From the NCBI RefSeq assembly GCF_006345805.1, contig NC_043000.1:66402001-66466000 (forward strand): a DNA stretch of 64,000 bases, in the 5' to 3' direction. The notes under the pieces are model-generated. The model had not been told where the DNA came from. It made no database searches and was given only the letters and a program-made list of their open reading frames with translations. This DNA is from Octopus sinensis. Its lineage: Eukaryota. How positions within the stretch are numbered: the first letter of the stretch is position 1; every line of letters begins with the position of its first letter. Below, piece after piece: positions 21,649 through 33,746 of this stretch. Position numbers and translations under genes: made by a program.

Positions 21649-24369
21649 ATTTAAACATTTACCCAAACATTTTTTTAAACGAAAGTTGCAACTTAATCTA
21701 CCTTTGTGTCCACTAACCGAACGTCAGTTGCATAAAGTTCACCCAGTAAATTTGTTTACTAATCTAGGAAAGTCGAATATTATTTCTCAAAAAGTCGGAG
21801 ACTTAAAACTTCGACTTGGACCAATTTCAGTAGACTTTTACGGAACTGACTTTAAATAAATGAACATAAATATTCAATTGCTTTTTAATTTCTTTTCTAC
21901 AAAGGATATCACATCATAAAAAGTATTTAAGTTTTAGCAGAATGCGTTATTTCGCTCGACCTTAATTATTGTTTCATAAGTTCAATTCGGTTCAGAATTC
22001 TTATCTTCACAGAAGGATAGGATGTTATTAAATTTTTCCAACCATTTGAAACCATTTCAAATTTTCACCAGATTAATTTTAGAAAAAAATAGTTTTGATA
22101 TAGTTTTACATGCTGATGACGATCGCATTCATTTTAGAAAATTTTTTCCCTAGAAATTAATAATAAAGCAGTATGCAAAATTACATTTAAAAAAAAATCT
22201 GCTGAAAATTTGAGACACTTCAAGTAGTTGGAAGAAATTTAACAAAATTCGAAGGATCCTATCCGAAATATCACAACTCACTTCGTATCACGGTGTACGA
22301 ATTTATTTTTCAATTTTCTTTGACTTTCCTGGACGTTATTGAAACGTCGAAAACAATTTCCTTTCACCGAGTATTTTAGATCACATGATCAATTCACCCA
22401 ACAGCAAACATTAATTATCCAAAACATCAACAATATTTAGAAATCTATTTATATTCAAGATGCAATCGATCAGTATGAATCGTTACAATATTTACTCCCC
22501 TGTTGATACTCACAACATTGCTACGTTCACTTCAGTATGTATATTGTTGAACTAACTAATTAACTATTATGCGCTATTATTGTTTCATGAAGCTTTTTAA
22601 GTTTTCATTACTTTTCACAAAACTTTTAACTTTCCATTTCCTACTACGTAATTATTTGCTTTTAAAGGTTTTTCAAAAAGAATATAATTAATAAGTACAT
22701 AGCATGTTCATACTCTACTCTAATTCATAAAGAATTGTGACACTGTCGGCTTTGTTTCCGACGTACGTGATCAAGCACTAAATTATTTAATTTCATCGCG
22801 GGGCAATCCTTCGATATCGGTATACGACGTCATTCACCCACACAACCTTCTCTCATGACATAGAAAAAGAGGGTGAATGACGGCGTCTCCTCATACTGAC
22901 ACTCTCTATACCAATACCGATGCCAAAACATTAAAAAAATATCCATCTTTCTGAAAGTTATGAGGAAGTAAAGTCGATAGGAGAAGGGCATACTTGTGTA
23001 TGCACGCCAGCTATACCTTATTAACCATAAGTCATTTTGACAACTAGAATCGACTCATGACATATACAACAACACTTAGTGTTACGTAAGGAGTGATTCA
23101 AGAAAATACTAATTGACTGACACGAGTTCTGTGCGCATCGTTAATAGTTTTTCGGGGGGGGGGGGGAAGGTTATTTATTACATATTTATTTCAATAAGAA
23201 TGAAATACGTGTGATTCATTCATATGGCGATAACAGTAGGCGAGCCCGAATTTAAAACTGTTTCTGTAAATTTGCTGTTGTGACGAATACACGGGGTGAT
23301 GTTCAGCGATGATCATTGAATTTGTTAGAGTTGTTGATAGGTTCTTGAGAAGTGTGAGAAAGTAAGACGAAACCAGTTTTACCATAGACTCGATGATATA
23401 AACAAGAAGGTGGGGTTCTTATCAGGTTATTATTTTCGGCAACTCTGTCGAGTACGGAAGAAAAACAAAATTTCATTTGTTTTTACCACCCAATTTTTCC
23501 TTTGGTGGACTTTTCCGAAGCATTTTTGGATTTGGATTTTAGAAAATGCGATTCTGCCAAACAAAGTTTTTCCAAATTTTAACATAATTTTCATAATTGT
23601 AAATCGAAAAGCATAATATCGTACATCTGCAGGGCTCGAGGCAAATGACAGATGTGCATAAGGAAAACATATTTGCGATATGAAAACCATTCAGAAATAT
23701 GCTATTGCAACATTCTGTCTTTATCCGCGCCAAGTAAGTCAAGAAACAAGTCTATTAACGTTTCACTAAGAGATTCTCTACTCTCAGAAAATTTGTATGA
23801 AAAATTAAAATGTAACGATATGAGTGTTACGCATGTTTACATACGCGTCGTACTTTTTCCTAGAAAACGAAAGAAGCTTTCATAAGGTGTGGACTGCTGT
23901 GCGAGATAAAGCTTAATTCATTCATATCTAGTTTCGAACATTATTTTGTAATTTATAAAATCCCTTTTTTTTGGGGGGGGGGGGGCAGAATCTTATTGTT
24001 CGTTTCTTTTCAAACATACAGTTCACAGCTGTTAAAAAACTGAAAATTTAGTAAGAATGGGAGCATAATTTTAAAAGCATGAAATAATTTTTTTTTTCCG
24101 TATTTTTTTTTTTACAAAATTATTATCCTCCACTTTGAAAATCTAGAAATCGGGAAAATTGTCGAAGATATGGTTAAAGGTCGCAGAAAGAAAGGAAAAC
24201 GTTGCAGCCAGTTATATTGTGTGCTCTGATCAGAACCTCATCAATTTTTCATACTGAGGATCTTTTACAATGAAAATGTTTATAACCTTATTTAAAAACT
24301 AGAAAGCTTTGGACAAATCTTTAGATGTTAAAGTTGTGATTCTGCATCCTCATATTGGCCATCTTCATC

Positions 24370-24955
24370 TTCTTCAGCACCTTACTTCTTGATATTTCTT
24401 GATCGTGTGATTTATGTAACTCCACCACGTTTTCTCCATTTCATTAAATTTAACTTAGGTGCCAACCCAGCAATCTTCTAGTAAATATTTTGCTTTAAAA
24501 TGTACCATAGTAAGTAGGCTTCAAATATAGCAATAACCGTTTGGTCTAAAGGCTGAATGAAGCTGGTTGGGTTTGAATGCAGAAGCGCTACTTTGAACAT
24601 TATCTGTCAGGTTATCTCAGTTAGGTGGGTAATTTACAGAGCATTTCCCTAATTCCAAAGTTGGTTTATTTCTTGTTTCTGGAGCATTGCTCTCATTACC
24701 CACCTAACTTGGATAAAGCAAGGTTTTAATTTGTAAGTTCTAAAAATATCCTTTGATAGCCATGCAGAAACCTGACTTAGCCAATTTTAATATTACTACA
24801 TTGCCATGTAACATAAGATTTAGAGTAGCCTTTACTGTGACTAGTGCCCCAGAATGATAAGCAGCTAGTGGCTTGAGATTAAGATATCCTGAAGTTTTAC
24901 TGTCAAGTAGGAGAGCCATACAGTCTTTGGCTGTCTTGAAACTTGGCACATTTTT
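24370..24955 (-). mobile_element. Decayed Tigger/pogo (DDE_1) transposase remnant
   Basis: MPSFKTAKDCMALLLDSKTSGYLNLKPLAAYHS resembles Tigger PGFKAAKDRLTLLLGGNASGDFKLKPLLVYHS; downstream TSFIQPLDQTVIA resembles the QPxDQ motif. Confidence 0.7.
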
Positions 24956-25055
24956 GTCAACTTTTAAAATGTCAGTTCATTTTAGCATTTGTTTTCAAAA
25001 CTGGACTGTTTTAGCTACATTAAAGTTTCCGGTGTTTTGCCAAAATTATTTTTCA

Positions 25056-28000
25056 ATCATCATCATCATCATGGATTGGACAGTTCATGGATTGGACAGC
25101 ATGGATTGGACAGTTCAACTGGGGTCTGTGAAGCCAGAAGGCTGCATCAGGCCCAGTCTGATCTGGCAGTGTTTCTACAGCTGAATGCCCTTCCTAACGC
25201 CAACCACTCCGTGAGTGTAGTGGGTGCTTTTTACGTGCCACCCGCACAGGTGCCAGATGGAGCTGGCAAACGGCCACGGACGGATGGTGCTTTTTACGTG
25301 CCTCCGGCACGGGGGCCACGCGAGGCTGGCAACGGCCACGAACGGATGGTGCTTTTACGTGCCACCGGCATGGGGGCCAGGCGAGGCTGGCAACGGCCAT
25401 GAACGGATGGAGCTTTTTACGTGCCACCGGCACGGAGGCCAGTCGGGGCGGCACTGGCCACGGCCACGATCGGATGGTTCGCTTACTTGTCACCGGCACT
25501 GGTATCACAGCTGCAATTTCCATTGATGTTGATCGACTTCGATTTTGGTTCTGCTTTCTGATATCTGATTTGATTTGATTTGATTTTGATTTTGATTTTC
25601 ACTTGCCTCAACGGGTCTTCACAAGTGGAGTTTTGTGTCCCAAGAAGGAAAGGTATGTATAAGTCGACTGGCTACATACCAGGTAGAGGCCATGGGTTAT
25701 GGTCTCACTAGTCTTGCCGGGTCTTCTAACGCACAGCATACTTCCATAGGTCTCGGTCTCTAGTCATTTCCTTGGTGAGACCTAAAGTTTGAAGGTCGTA
25801 CTTCACCACCTCGTCCCAGGTTTTCCTGGGTCTACCTCTTCCACAGGTTCCCTCAACTGCTAGGGTGTGGCACTTTTGCACACAACTATCTTCAGCCATT
25901 CTCGTCACATGACCATACCAGCGCAAACATCTCTCTCGCACACCACAACTGATGCTTCTTAGGTCCAACTTTTCTCTCAAGGTACTTACACTCTGTCGAT
26001 TATGAACACTGACATTACACATCCATCGGAGCATACTGGCTTCATTTCTTGCGAGCTTACGCATATCCTCAGCAGTCACAGCCCATGTTTCACTACCATG
26101 TAGCATGGCTGTACGTACACATGCATCATACAGTCTGCCTTTTACTCTGAGCGAGAGGCCTTTTGTCACCAGCAGGGGTAAGAGCTCTCTAAACTTTGCC
26201 CAGGCTATTCTTACTCTAGCAGTTACACTTTTAGCACGCCCACCCCCGCTACTGACTTGGTCACCTAGGTAGCGGAAGCTATCAACTACTTCTAGTTTTT
26301 CTCCCTGGAACGTGGTAGAAGTTGGTCTCTGCACATTTTCAGTGTTTATTGCTTCTGAGCATCTGCCACAGACAAAAACTATTTTCCTAGTTAGCCTTTC
26401 TTTGACATTGTTGCACCTCTTATGTGTCCATAGCTTACACTTGGTGCACCATATAGAGTTTCTACCTACACCTTTTTTACAGATCGAGCAGGGCTATCTA
26501 CCTGAAGGCGTTTGTGATTGGTCTACCTTCCTACTTATTAGGACTTTGGTTTTGGCTAGGTTGATTCTAAGGCCCTTCGATTCTAAACCTTGCTTCCACA
26601 CCTGAAACTTCTCCTCCAGTTCTGATAGTGACTCAGCAATTAGAGCAAGGTCATCAGCATAGAGGAGCTCCCAGGGGCATCCTGTCTTGAATTCCTCCGT
26701 TATTGCCTGGAGGACTATGATAAATAGGAGGGGACTGAGGACTGAATCTTGATGGACCCCAACCTCTACCCGGAATTCTTCACTGTACTTGTTGCCAACC
26801 CTCACCTTACTAGCAGCGTCTCTGTACATGGCTTGCACAGCTCTCACTAACCATTCATCTATCCCTAGTTTCCTCATTGACCACCAGATAAGGGATCGGG
26901 GGACCCTGTCAAAGGCTTTCTCCATGTCAACAAAAGCCAGGTACAGGGGCTTATCTTTGGCTAGGTATTTCTCCTGCAGCTGTCTTACCAGGAATACAGC
27001 ATCAGTAGTACTTTTCCCTGGCACGAACCCAAACTGCATCTCATCTAAGCTAACTCTCTCTCTAATTAGTTGGGCTATAACCCTCTCCGTAACCTTCATT
27101 ACCTGATGCAGCAGCTTGATACCCCTGTAGTTATTTGTATCTAGGGCGTCACCTTTACCTTTGTAGCAGTTGACTATTATGCTGCTACACCAGTCATTGG
27201 GTATGACTCCTTCGTGTATCACCTGGTTAACTATACAGGTGACTAGGCTATAGCCGACACTACCAGATATTTTGAGCATCTCTGCAGTAATTCCTGATGG
27301 GCCTGGGGCTTTCCCTGTTTTCATGCTTGCAATTGCCTTAACTACTAAGGAACTGTCAACTCGGATTGCTGGTCCCTCTGTTGGGTCGACATTCGGCAGA
27401 CTCTCTTTATCCCATTCATTTTCCTCATTCAGCAACCTTTCATAGTGGCGTCTCCAAACCTCTCTCTTTGTATCCTCATTTAGCGCAAGTGAACCATCGT
27501 CCTTGCGAACACATTTCTCTCCTACCATGTCACGATTCTCTCTCACACACTGTCTTGCAACACGAAATACCTCAAGTCTTTCATCCTCACGGTGCAGAAC
27601 ATTGGCAAATTTTTTCTTATCTGCTTCCCCTCTGGCTAAATACACCTGCCTCCTAGTGTCCCTTCTGGCAGTCTGATACACCGTTCTTCCAGTCCTTCCA
27701 AGCCTGTTTCTTTTGTCTAATAGCCCTGTCAACAATATTGTTCCACCACCACGTTATTTTGGGTCTTAAGGGGACTTTGCACCAGCCACAGATCTGGTCA
27801 GTGGCTTTCAGCAGGTTGTCCCTTAGAAGCGTCCAGTTGTCTTCTACCCCATGTGTAGCTATACCCCCTTCTATTTCGTCAAAGGCTTCAAGTAACATGT
27901 CTCTAAATCTCTGTCTTCCAGACCCTTCTTCTCCATGTTGGTCGTCTTCTAGTCGTCCTCTTAGTCCTGATCCTAAAGTCACTAACTACCAGTCTATGTT

Positions 28001-28135
28001 GTGGGGTACATTCTTCACCTGGGAAGGTTTTGGCATTTATAAGCAGCCATCTTTCCCTCTTTCTGGCAAGGATGTAGTCGATTTGGCTAGTATGCCGGCC
28101 CGCTCGGTAGTTGACCAGGTGGCTTGTCGGTTTCC
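25056..28135 (-). mobile_element. 5'-truncated RTE-clade LINE (APE end, RT, PHD-like finger, 3' UTR hairpin array, (GAT)n tail); young but inactivated
   Basis: SQIDYIL...QHRLV (APE), YRGIKLL, QFGFVPGK, FVDMEKAFDRV, LLYADDLAL (RT), GRGRPRKTW. Frameshifts near 27920 and 27680; TAG at 26494-26496 and 25726-25728. Confidence 0.95.
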
Positions 28136-28381
28136 TGGAAAAAATTTTTGTATGCACTGATAAGCTTAGATATAATTTGAAGTATATGATTGGCATTTCT
28201 ACTTGAGGTTGATTTTGTCTTCTGTAAGAATCTTCCAATTGCATGTTTAATTTTTTATACAGTCCAGGTTTTATCTATGTATGTCCTTTACTAATGTCTT
28301 GACTAATTTTCTCCATTTTTTTTTATCTGTTCATATTACACAGTTAACAGTCTGTAAAAATTCCTGCCATTGAATGCTAAA

Positions 28382-28535
28382 ATGAAGAGAAGAAGTGTGG
28401 GAGAAAGTGATAATGTAGCAAAACGTAAAAACAACAAGCATGCCTTTGAGATTTCTAAAGCATCTCCATGTGAAGTCCATAAACCATTGCCAACTTCAAG
28501 AAGAGGAGTTAAACGAGCTGGTCCTTATTTGTTAG
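28382..28535 (+). CDS. STK40: Serine/threonine kinase 40 (pseudokinase), coding exon 1
   Basis: MKRRSVGES...GVKRAGPYLL[G], compare human MKRR...AKRAGPFILG; donor TAG|GTATGT; 154 nt. Confidence 0.9.
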
Positions 28536-28839
28536 GTATGTTATTATTTATTATGTATTTGTTGGACCTGTCAGAAGTCTTTATTTTCTGTATTTCATAG
28601 AATAGCAGACACAGGCATGGCAGAATAATACTAGTCAAGAACTGAGGTCAGTATAATTTGTGTCTTTGTATTAGCTAGAAATCAATCAGATCATGTTATG
28701 TTAGTTCTTGAATTATAACACAAAAATTTCTCACTGGTTTTTATTTGTTTTGTTTTTTTTTTTCCATTTTATATAAAATTGCTTAAATAGTAGTTGAATC
28801 TGTTCATTTCTTGCTACGTTAATCATGGTTTTATTACAG

Positions 28840-28925
28840 GACCTCGGCTAGGTTCATCTCCAGTTCGAAGCATTGTTCAGTGTCTTGCAAGAAAAGAAGG
28901 CACAAATGAATTTTATACCTTAAAG
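28840..28925 (+). CDS. STK40: STK40 coding exon 2
   Basis: [G]PRLGSSPVRSIVQCLARKEGTNEFYTLK; TTACAG/GTAAGC; 86 nt, phase 1->0. Confidence 0.96.
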
Positions 28926-29099
28926 GTAAGCTCATTGATTTCAATGTTTGGAGATAAAAATTTCAACCATAAACACAAAATAAAACCCTGGAAATAAATA
29001 CCATTAAATTTATTAAACTATTATTCTGTATAAAATTAGGTAACCTTATTAAAGTCCTTAAAGATTTGGGACTTCATCCATTCATCCAGCTTTTCTGCT

Positions 29100-30505
29100 T
29101 ATTTCTGGGAGGGTCATAGAGGTAGAGTCCTTAGGCCCCTTTTCTATAGGGTTCTATCATTAGTCTTTTCCAGTTGGATTCTCAACCATAACCAACTGAG
29201 ATAAGGTATACTATCCCACTATCTTGTTCTCGATTTACTCCTTGGTCTCCTACCAGTTGGCTTGACTAGAAGAGTCTGTCTTGTGATTCTTTCTTATGAC
29301 ATTGTTATGTACTATAATACTCTATTATTAAATCTTTTCTACAATAGTAAATAGCAGATAAAAATATAGAAATCCTATTTTCTATTGAGTACAAAAGCAT
29401 GGTACAGCATCAAATGAGGTTGATGGAGGAATGCAGTCTTTACCCAATACAAAACAACATGTCTTAATCACCAAGCAGCCATGGTCAATGGATTAGACAG
29501 CAAGCAGAACAAAGAAGTGATCTATGCCAGACATTTTAATCACATGTCCATAGTACTGGAGCTGTGATCTCTCGATGCAAAGTAGTGGCTCAACGTGGAG
29601 AGACTCCCTGATCTCTGAGCTACTCACCTTGTCAAGTAATGTTATTCCAGAGAACCTTCTGAGGTACTCTCATTTCAGCTATATGTATTTGTGATATCTC
29701 TCTTTTGGTTATTACCCAACATTCGTGACCACAGGTGAGGATAGGTACAAAAATCAAATTTAAAATAGTGAGTTTTGCTTTTTTACCAACCTCTCTTCTT
29801 TTAAGGATGTTGTGGTGAAATTCTTACTCCTCTGTGGGATAGCAAGTCAACTGTCTTAAACCGTATAAAGGCATATGCACACTATCAGTGAAGGACAGTG
29901 TGGTGTGTGCAGGTGCTTTGTGAAAACAGTCATATGTCATTGAGAAGAGATTGTTTGTCACATGTTGTTTCTGATTTATATTTGTATTGTTATCACCTTG
30001 TTATAAGTCTATGTTATAAAGTGACATATACAGTGAGTTCAAAGAAGGACATAACAGTGTCGAAAAGACACTACAAAGGATTAAATGCAGGAGCTGGCTC
30101 ATTACTGCAATTCTAGCATCCAGTTCAACCTCCTGCTTTGCATCTCTCATGAATACCGCTCTAAGATGCTTAAAATTCTCCATTTGTCTCAGTGATGTTC
30201 CATTAATATGCACAATGCACTGCAAAGATTTTCATGAGAGATCCAGTGTCTCAGTCTTCACAACGCTAATTTTTATCCTTGCTTTGCAGCACTCAGCAGC
30301 AAATCCATTCAGTGTATGCCAGCTATCAGCTCCTGATGAGCCAAGTAGCAGCATGTCATCTGCAAATAACAGCTGACAAATCCTACACCCACTGATTGCG
30401 ATGCTATTTCCAAAATGGCTGTGCATGTCAATCCAGTTCATAAAAATTGTGGAAAGGAGAGGTGGCAACACACATGCTGAAAGGTTTTCATTTATCACCA
30501 TTTAC
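29100..30505 (-). mobile_element. Old, heavily decayed RTE-type LINE
   Basis: PPLLSTIFMNWID...QLLFADDMLLL...KISVVKTE (RT), ENFKHL...ELDARIA, and a HECWVM/RISGITLLDKV-like remnant; many stops. Confidence 0.7.
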
Positions 30506-30844
30506 CTAACTCAAAAAGTTTTATCATGCATCTTAGTCACTGTATCACATTGATGAAGTTGTACAGTAAAACCTTTTGAAAAGAAATTATATAGTATTTG
30601 ATATAAAATAAACTACAGAAATTAATATAATGGCATATGTGTGTTTAAAATGCTTACAGTTGTCTTTCCTGATGTAATTGTTTCAGTTTCATCACAGGAT
30701 CTCAGATCAAATTATTCACCATACAAATACAACTCTAAAGCTAGAAAAAAAATGTCTAGTGTGGTTCCCAAGTTGTAATGGAGCTTATAGACATAGAAAA
30801 TTCTATATGATTATACTATTGTTGATAATGTTAGTTTCTAAGTA

Positions 30845-31063
30845 AGGCGGCAAGCTCGCAGAATCATTACCATGCTGGGCAATATGCTTAGCGGCATTTT
30901 GTCTGTCTCTAACATTCTGAGTTCAAATCCCATTGAGGTTGACTTTGCTTTTCATCCTTTCAGGGTTGATAAATTAAGTACCAGTTGAGCACTGGGGTCA
31001 ATATAATTGACTTGCCCCCTCTCTGAAACTACTGGCCTTCTATTAAAATTTGAAACCAATATT
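30845..31063 (+). mobile_element. tRNA-derived SINE (family A)
   Basis: AGGCGGCAAGCTCGCAGAATC...GAGTTCAAATCCC...TAAATTAAGTACCAGTTGAGCACTGGGGTC. Confidence 0.8.
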
Positions 31064-31212
31064 AGTTCAGCAAGTCTTTTAGCCTTCCATGCAAAGAATG
31101 TATATATTGCTTTAGTGAATAATAAAGATTTTTGTTCACTGTACGTATATAATTAGTACCATATGTCAGGATATGTAAGGAATAAAGGTTTTATATATTT
31201 TTGCACATGTTT

Positions 31213-31800
31213 TCGTTGGCATGACTGTGTGGTAGAATGTTTGCTTCCCAACCACATGGTGTCTGGTTCACTCCCACTGCATGGCACCTTGGGCAAGTGT
31301 CTTCTACTATAGTGCCAGACTGACCAAAGCCTTGTGAGTGAATTTGGCAAATACAAGCTGAAAGAAATCCATCATGTAAATGTGTGTTATTGTCTCTTTT
31401 CCTTGACTTTGTGAGTATTGTAAATGAATGTCACTGTCATACAACCAGTGTCCTTCATTTCCAATCTTTCATAAAAACATGTCTGGTCAAGGCAAAATAT
31501 TACCTCACAAGGAAATGGGTGAGGGTTTGTGATAAAAAAGGCATCTGGATGTAGCAAAATCTACCTCTACAAATTCTGTCTGACCAACATAAGCATTGGA
31601 AAAACAAATGTTAAAATTATGATGAAGAGTGGCTGTGTGGTAAATAGCTTGCTTACCAGCCACATGGTTCCAGGTTCAGTCCCACTGTTTGGCACCTTGT
31701 GCAAGTGTCTTCTACTATTGCCTCGGGCCAACCAAAGCCTTGTGAGTGGATTTGGTAGATGGAAACTGAAAGAAGCCCGTCATGTGTGTGTATATATATG
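31213..31800 (+). mobile_element. Two tRNA-derived SINEs (family B: 31213-31380 and 31626-31800)
   Basis: GGCTGTGTGGTA...GGTTCAGTCCCACTG..TGGCACCTTGGGCAAGTGTCTTCTACTAT; further copies near 13375, 34360(-), 38140, 46450(-), 51270(-). Confidence 0.75.
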
Positions 31801-32014
31801 ACTAACAAATAAAAGACAGAAGATGGAATATACGAGAATATATTATTAATCACAACAATTGTTTCAACACATCCAGCATAGACTCCTCTTTGAAGAAAGA
31901 TATGCTGGTCAACATATTGTTCCTGATACTCAAAGACGAAATGGTCATGGCTGTAGAGCCTTTGATTGTAGGAATAAGACTAACTTGGGATTAAACAACA
32001 ATGTGTATGTATGT

Positions 32015-32215
32015 ATGTGTGTGTCTGTGTTTGTCCCCCCACCATTGCTTGACAACCGATGGTGGCTTATTTACATCCCCATCACTTAGTGGTTTGGCAA
32101 AAAGACCGATAGAATAAGTACTAGGCTGACAAAGAATAAGTCCTAGGGTTGATTTGTTCGACTAAAGGCAGTGCTCCAGCATGGCCACATTCAAATGACT
32201 GAAATGAATAAAAGA
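32015..32215 (+). mobile_element. SINE-like repeat (family C); inverse copies at 32849-33055, 34170-34350, 50440-50690
   Basis: Shared GCTTGACAACCGAT..TGG...AGAATAAGTACTAGGCT...CTCCAGCATGGCCACA.TCAAATGACTGAAA block. Confidence 0.7.
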
Positions 32216-32535
32216 GTGTTATTCAGGATATTAAGGTCTTTCTAAACTATCAAAACATGATACACTAGAATAAGAAACTGCAATTAAATTTGAAGTGTTT
32301 TGAAAAATTTAAAGGGTTTACTGATGTTCAGATGTATTAGGTATGTAATTTGTTAAGCTTCAGAGCAGTGTATATAAATGCTTCCTTATACTTCTGTATA
32401 CTTATAGAAAGAGGTTGCTGTGTCTTGCTATTATTTTAATTCTTCTAAGTATGGGGAACCTATGAAAAATTATGATGAAAAAATAATTTTAAATACCTGT
32501 AATATTTCACAATGTTCTGTTGATTGTTGTTGTAG

Positions 32536-32670
32536 ATATTAACAATGGAAGATTCAGAGCATGCTAACCAAGATGACCATCAAGGTAAAATGTTAATGCA
32601 TACAGAATATTCACTGCTTTCACTACTACACAACCAAGATGGTGTTGTACATCATCATGGATTGTTCAAA
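32536..32670 (+). CDS. STK40: STK40 coding exon 3
   Basis: ILTMEDSEHANQDDHQGKMLMHTEYSLLSLLHNQDGVVHHHGLFK (STK40 QGKMLLHTEYSLLSLL...VVHHHGLF); 135 nt, phase 0->0. Confidence 0.96.
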
Positions 32671-33028
32671 GTTAGTATTGATTAATTTTATTTTTAAGTA
32701 TCTTTATCCCATGTCTTCTGAATGTAACTGTTATAACATTGTCTCCAGGAAAGGATGTCACTGTCTTATTATTGAAGTATATAAATGTGTCTTTTGCTGT
32801 TATATTTATTTCATTTTTTTTTTTAGATTTAATTTTTATTTTATTTTTTTTTACTTGTTTCAGTCATTTGATTGTAGCCATGCTGGGGCTCCGTCTTGAA
32901 GGGCTTTTAGTCAAGTGAATTGACCCCAGTACTTATTTTTTAAAGACCGGTGCTTATTCTATCAGTTTCTTTCTCTGAACTGCTAAATTACAAACCAACA
33001 CTAGTTGTCAAGAGGTGGTGGGATATGG

Positions 33029-33061
<33 letters not shown>

Positions 33062-33121
33062 ACACACACACACACACACACCACACACACACACACACAC
33101 GCACACTCTCTCTCTCTCTCT
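33029..33121. repeat. (CA)n/(TC)n microsatellite; other simple repeats: (TA)n 6999-7031 and 7296-7331, (GGT/GAT)n 20030-20290 and 53600-53676, (CCA)n 54628-54658
   Basis: Directly visible; these explain the HT-, IY- and H-rich ORFs in the supplied track. Confidence 0.95.
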
Positions 33122-33279
33122 TTAATCATTTTATCCATCAGACAAGGGACTTTGTCTGAACCTTTTATCTTTACTGAGAAAGCATCTGTGATTGCTTGAC
33201 TTGCTAGAAATAGCAATCAAATCTCCAAATCACACCCTACCAATTTGAAGAAAGATATGCTGGACAATATATTGTTCCT

Positions 33280-33746
33280 ATGGAATTTGTATCTTTGTGG
33301 TACCAGTGCTGGTGGCACACAAGAAAACCATCCGAACGTGGCCGTAGCCAGTACCGCATCGACTGGCCTCCGTGCTGTGGGCACGTAACAAACACCATCC
33401 GATCGTGGCCGTTCGCCAGCCTCATCTGGCACCTGTGTCGGTGGCACATAAAAACACCATCCGAGCGTGGCCGTCTGCCAGCCTTGTCTGGCACCTGTGT
33501 CGGTGGCACATAAAAAACACCATCCGAGCGTGGCCGTTCGCCAGCCTCGTCTGGCACCTGTGTCGGTGGCACATAAAATCACCCACTACACTCTCGGAGT
33601 GGTTGGCGTTAGGAAGGGCATCCAGCTGTAGAAACACTGCCAGATTTGACTGGCCTGGTGCAGTCTTCGGGCTCCCCAGACCCCAGTTGAACCGTCCAAC
33701 CCATGCTAGCATGGAAAACGGACGCTAAATGAATGATGATGATGAT
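33280..33746 (+). mobile_element. RTE 3' UTR/tail insertion with four hairpin-array units
   Basis: About 61-nt units ACACCATCCGAGCGTGGCCGTTCGCCAGCCTCGTCTGGCACCTGTGTCGGTGGCACATAAAA, then the conserved tail and (GAT)n. Confidence 0.85.

Larger units (their letters stand above)
21005..24200. promoter_or_regulatory. Probable divergent promoter region of MRPL19 and STK40 (CpG-retaining)
   Basis: CpG dinucleotides are visibly frequent here and scarce in the flanking introns; lies between head-to-head genes. STK40 needs an upstream non-coding exon (acceptor at about 28343/28350 precedes its ATG). TSSs cannot be placed. Confidence 0.55.

Noticed and set aside
21660-23200. Search for LSM10 or OSCP1 (vertebrate neighbours of STK40) and other small genes between MRPL19 and STK40
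   Set aside because: Open frames of about 55-60 codons exist, but none shows Sm-fold or OSCP1 motifs or convincing splice sites.
33300-33590. CRISPR-like array (repeat with palindromes and variable segments)
   Set aside because: Eukaryotic intron, no cas genes, and the variable parts are homologous short loops rather than unique spacers. It is the RTE 3' UTR array.
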